A stretch of 64,000 nucleotides of DNA, taken from NCBI RefSeq assembly GCF_009914755.1, contig NC_060933.1; one strand, written 5' to 3'. The position numbers and the translations under genes were made by a program. Within the stretch, counting starts at the first letter, position 1. Every line of letters begins with the position of its first letter. This DNA is from the human T2T-CHM13v2.0 reference genome, Homo sapiens. The notes beneath the pieces were generated by a model. The model saw nothing but the letters and a program-made list of their open reading frames with translations. It did not search any database and had not been told where the DNA came from. Positions 60,906 to 64,000 of the stretch are shown here, in pieces.

Positions 60906-62675
60906 GAGCTATAAAATTTTAAAAAGTAAGGGTATTATGAAGAGGAAAATAATAATTTTAAAAACTATTTAAATGGAAAATTTGTTATGTTAACACAGTC
61001 ATTAAATTATCAGAGTATAAAATGACATGTTGCTTATAACTCTAAAATATGATGTATTAAGGCAAACACTAGATGGTAAAACAAAGCTAATAGATTATTT
61101 ATGGAGAGTAATTATGGTTATTTTCTCCTTAATACTTCTTTAATTTTTTTCTAAAATTATAAAAGAAAGTATGTTCGTGCGTATCTCTGGCAAAAAGGGA
61201 GCAAAGACCTCACCCACCAAGTTTTCTGAATTGCTTTCTTGTTCAGTTGTTCCATATATCTTTTGTTTATTTCTTGCTTGACCAATTCAGAATATTTGTC
61301 CTTCCTCTATTAATGTGTAGTACTGTAATAGCACTTTACTTATTCTATCATTTCTAATTGGCCAATGGCTTGTTTCATGAAAATAGTTGTGTATCCTTTT
61401 CAGAAACTGGTTAAGATTTAGAGAGTTGTGGAGAAAAAACTTTTTCATTTTCCATCTCTTTGTTTTTTGTACCACCCTAAATCTCTGTCAAGTGTCTGTA
61501 TTCAAGTGTCAAAACCACTTTATCATCTTTGATTTGCCAGAGATTTCTTTTTGCACGTGATGCTAATAGTTTAATGAATCAGCTATAATTTGATCTCCAG
61601 GTGCTGAAGATATTAGTTGTGTGAATTGACCCTGTAGCATTTGCCCTGGGAGGATCCTCCCAGAGAGTCTAAGACCACATGGACAGGCTGGAGTACAAGT
61701 TGAAAGAATTAATTATTGCAGATAACCCTTAAGCAACCCCAATGGTGTTCATCCATCAAATGAGTCCTATAGTCAGATTGTTAGCTCGCTAGCCCACCAC
61801 CTGTGATCACGGGATGATGATGTTATAAGAATTACCTGATTACATAGTAAGTGCTGAATAATGACCTGGAACCTCCTGGCTGTGAGACATATGGAACTTA
61901 AAGATGACAAACTAAAAAACTTAATACAATGAATTAAACTGTAAGAAATTTTACATAATAAATTACATAAACTAAGAAATTTTCAATTTCTAGAATTATC
62001 CTAGAATCGGGACCACTCTCTCCCTGAAATTGTAAATAGCTGCAGACTTTTGGGAAATGGAAAAGGGAAGCTGGGTGAGATTGACCTAATATTTACAGCT
62101 CTGAGTTCAGACTGCTTATTGCTGATTCTGCTTAGGTCTGGATACCTTGAATTTTCCAGATCTCATCTTTATTTCTCTACAAATGAGGAGAAAAGGAAAA
62201 ATTTTTAAACAGGAGCATCTATTGTTACAAGCGCTATGTCAAACACAAATTTTATGTTATTTCATTTTCACCACATTCCTGTTTGGCATCATAACCTCCA
62301 TGCCGGTGGTAAAAGTTTTAGACTTACATGGACTAAATAGCTTGCTCAATAAGTGCAGAGCTGGAATTTAAACTCAGATTTCTCTGACTTTAAATCTGCT
62401 CATTTCACATCTTGCATCCTCTTCCATAGCAATTACCCGGTAATATCACCTCTCCTCGTTCTCCCTGTGCTGCAGGGACTTAGTGCTTGCCACAGTCCCC
62501 AATTCCTATTAGAGGCTAGATTTCTTTCCTTATACTCAATTCTCAGATGTTCTACCCTAAACCCAGATCTTTCTGTTGCTAGTTCAACACTCAGAGTTGG
62601 CTAATGGCCTGCACCTTAGATCATGATCAATCATTTGCTTCATTTGTTCTTAGATAGATAACATTTGAGGTTATG

Positions 62676-62729
62676 TGTAAGGGTTAAGTTTATGTGTCAA
62701 TTTGGCTGGGCTAGAAGATACAGTTATTT
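62676..62729 (+). mobile_element. 5' end of an MLT2 LTR, interrupted by LTR12
   Basis: TGTAAGGGTTAAGTTTATGTGTCAATTTGGCTGGGC. Confidence 0.6.
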
Positions 62730-64000
62730 TGAGAGATGACAGCATGCTGGCAGCCCTTGCTCGCTCTTGGTGCCTCCTCGGCCTCGGCGCCCATTCTGGC
62801 CACGCTTGAGCCCTTCAGCCCGCTGCTGCACTGTGGGAGCCCCTCTCTGGGCTGGCCAAGGCCGGATCCAGCTCCCTCTGCTTGCGGGGAGATGTGGAGG
62901 GAGAGGCACGGGCGGGAACCAGGGTTGCACGTGGCGCTCATGGGCCAGCGCGAGTTCCAGGTGGGCGTGGGCTTGGCGGGCCCTGCACTTGGAGTGGCCA
63001 GCCAGCACCGCTGGCCCCAGGCAGTTAGGGACTTAGCACCTGGGCCAGCAGCTGTGGAGGGTGCGCCAGGTCCCCCAGCAGTGCTGGCTCACTGGCACTG
63101 CGCTCGAATTCTCGCCGGGCCTCAGCTGCCTCCCCATGGGGCAGGTCTCGGGATCTGCAGCCCGCCATGCCTGAGCCTCCCCACTTGCAGTGGGCTCCTG
63201 CATGGCCCAAGCCTCCCCGAGGAGCACTGCCCCCTGCTCCATGGCGCCCAGTCCCATCGACCACACAAGGGCTGAGGAGTGCAGGTGCACTGCACGGGAC
63301 TGGCAGGCAGCTCCGCCTGCGGCCCCAATGCAGGATCCACCAGGTGAAGCCAGCTGGGCTCCTGAGTCTAGTGGGGACTTGGAGAACCTTTATGTCTAGC
63401 TAAGGGATTGTAAATACACCAATCAGCATTCTGTGTCTAGCTCAAGGTTTGTAAATACACCAATCAGTGCTCTGTGTCTAGCTAATCTAGTGGGGCCTTG
63501 GAGAACCTTTATGTCTAGCTAAAGGATTGTAAATACACCCATCAGCACTCTGTGTCTAGCTTAAGGTTTGTAAATGCACCAATCAGCACTCTATATCTAG
63601 CTAATCTAGTGGGGACTTGGAGAACCTTTATGTCTAGCTAAAGGATTGTAAATACACCAACCAGCACTCTGTGTCTAGATCAAGGTTTGTAAACACACCA
63701 ATAAGCACCCTGCATTTAGCTCAAGGTTTGTAAATGCACCAATCAGTGCTCTGTGTCTAGCTAATCTAGTGAGAACTTGAAGAACTTTTGTGTCTAGCTC
63801 AGGGATTGTAAGCAGACCAATCAGCTCTCTGTAAAACAGACCAATCAGTTCTCTGTAAAATGGACCAATCAACAGGATGTGGGTGGGGCCAGATAAGGGA
63901 ATAAAAGCAGGCTGCCCAAGCAAGCAGTGGCAACCTGCTTGGGTCCCCTTCCACACTGTGGAAGCTTTGTTCTTTTGCTCTTTGCAATAAATCTTGTTGC
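62730..64000 (+). mobile_element. Long LTR12 (C/D/E-type, ERV9), truncated by window end
   Basis: TGAGAGATGACAGCATGCTGGCAGCCC start, GC-rich U3, CCAAT repeat array, AATAAA at 63900 and 63986. Confidence 0.95.

Noticed and set aside
62711-63403. Overlapping GC-rich ORFs up to 179 aa; CpG-island-like promoter
   Set aside because: All lie within LTR12 U3, where high GC suppresses stop codons
57312-64000. Intact ERV9 provirus bounded by the two LTR12s
   Set aside because: Different LTR structures, first LTR has its own TSD, and there is no ERV9 internal sequence between them

Overview
Primate, most likely human, genomic DNA. The window opens in the last intron of SMC2 (condensin core subunit). 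It contains the terminal coding exon (850-1026, [58 protein letters not shown]) and a ~2.1 kb 3'UTR ending after AATAAA at 3112. From my recall of SMC2 this would be 9q31.1, + strand. The remaining ~61 kb has no credible protein-coding gene. It is a patchwork of Alu, L1M, L2, MIR, ERVL/LTR16/MLT remnants, DNA transposons (Charlie1, MADE1, Tigger4/MER46), a MER57A LTR and two LTR12 (ERV9) LTRs. I found no evidence for a new gene system. The best observations are rearrangement scars readable from the sequence: (1) a ~553-bp Alu-spacer tandem array whose two inner Alus have mismatched (hybrid) target-site flanks, i.e. Alu-Alu unequal crossover; (2) a perfect 54-bp duplication in the SMC2 3'UTR; (3) a ~500-bp dispersed duplication with an Alu in only one copy; (4) a fold-back inverted duplication inside an L1; (5) a 5'-inverted L1. 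There are also speculative regulatory candidates: an octamer/ETS/TATA-like/perfect splice donor cluster at ~51.7-51.9 kb, a POU-motif cluster at ~35.6 kb, and the LTR12 promoters. Repeat subfamily names come from memory of consensus sequences, and old-repeat boundaries are approximate.
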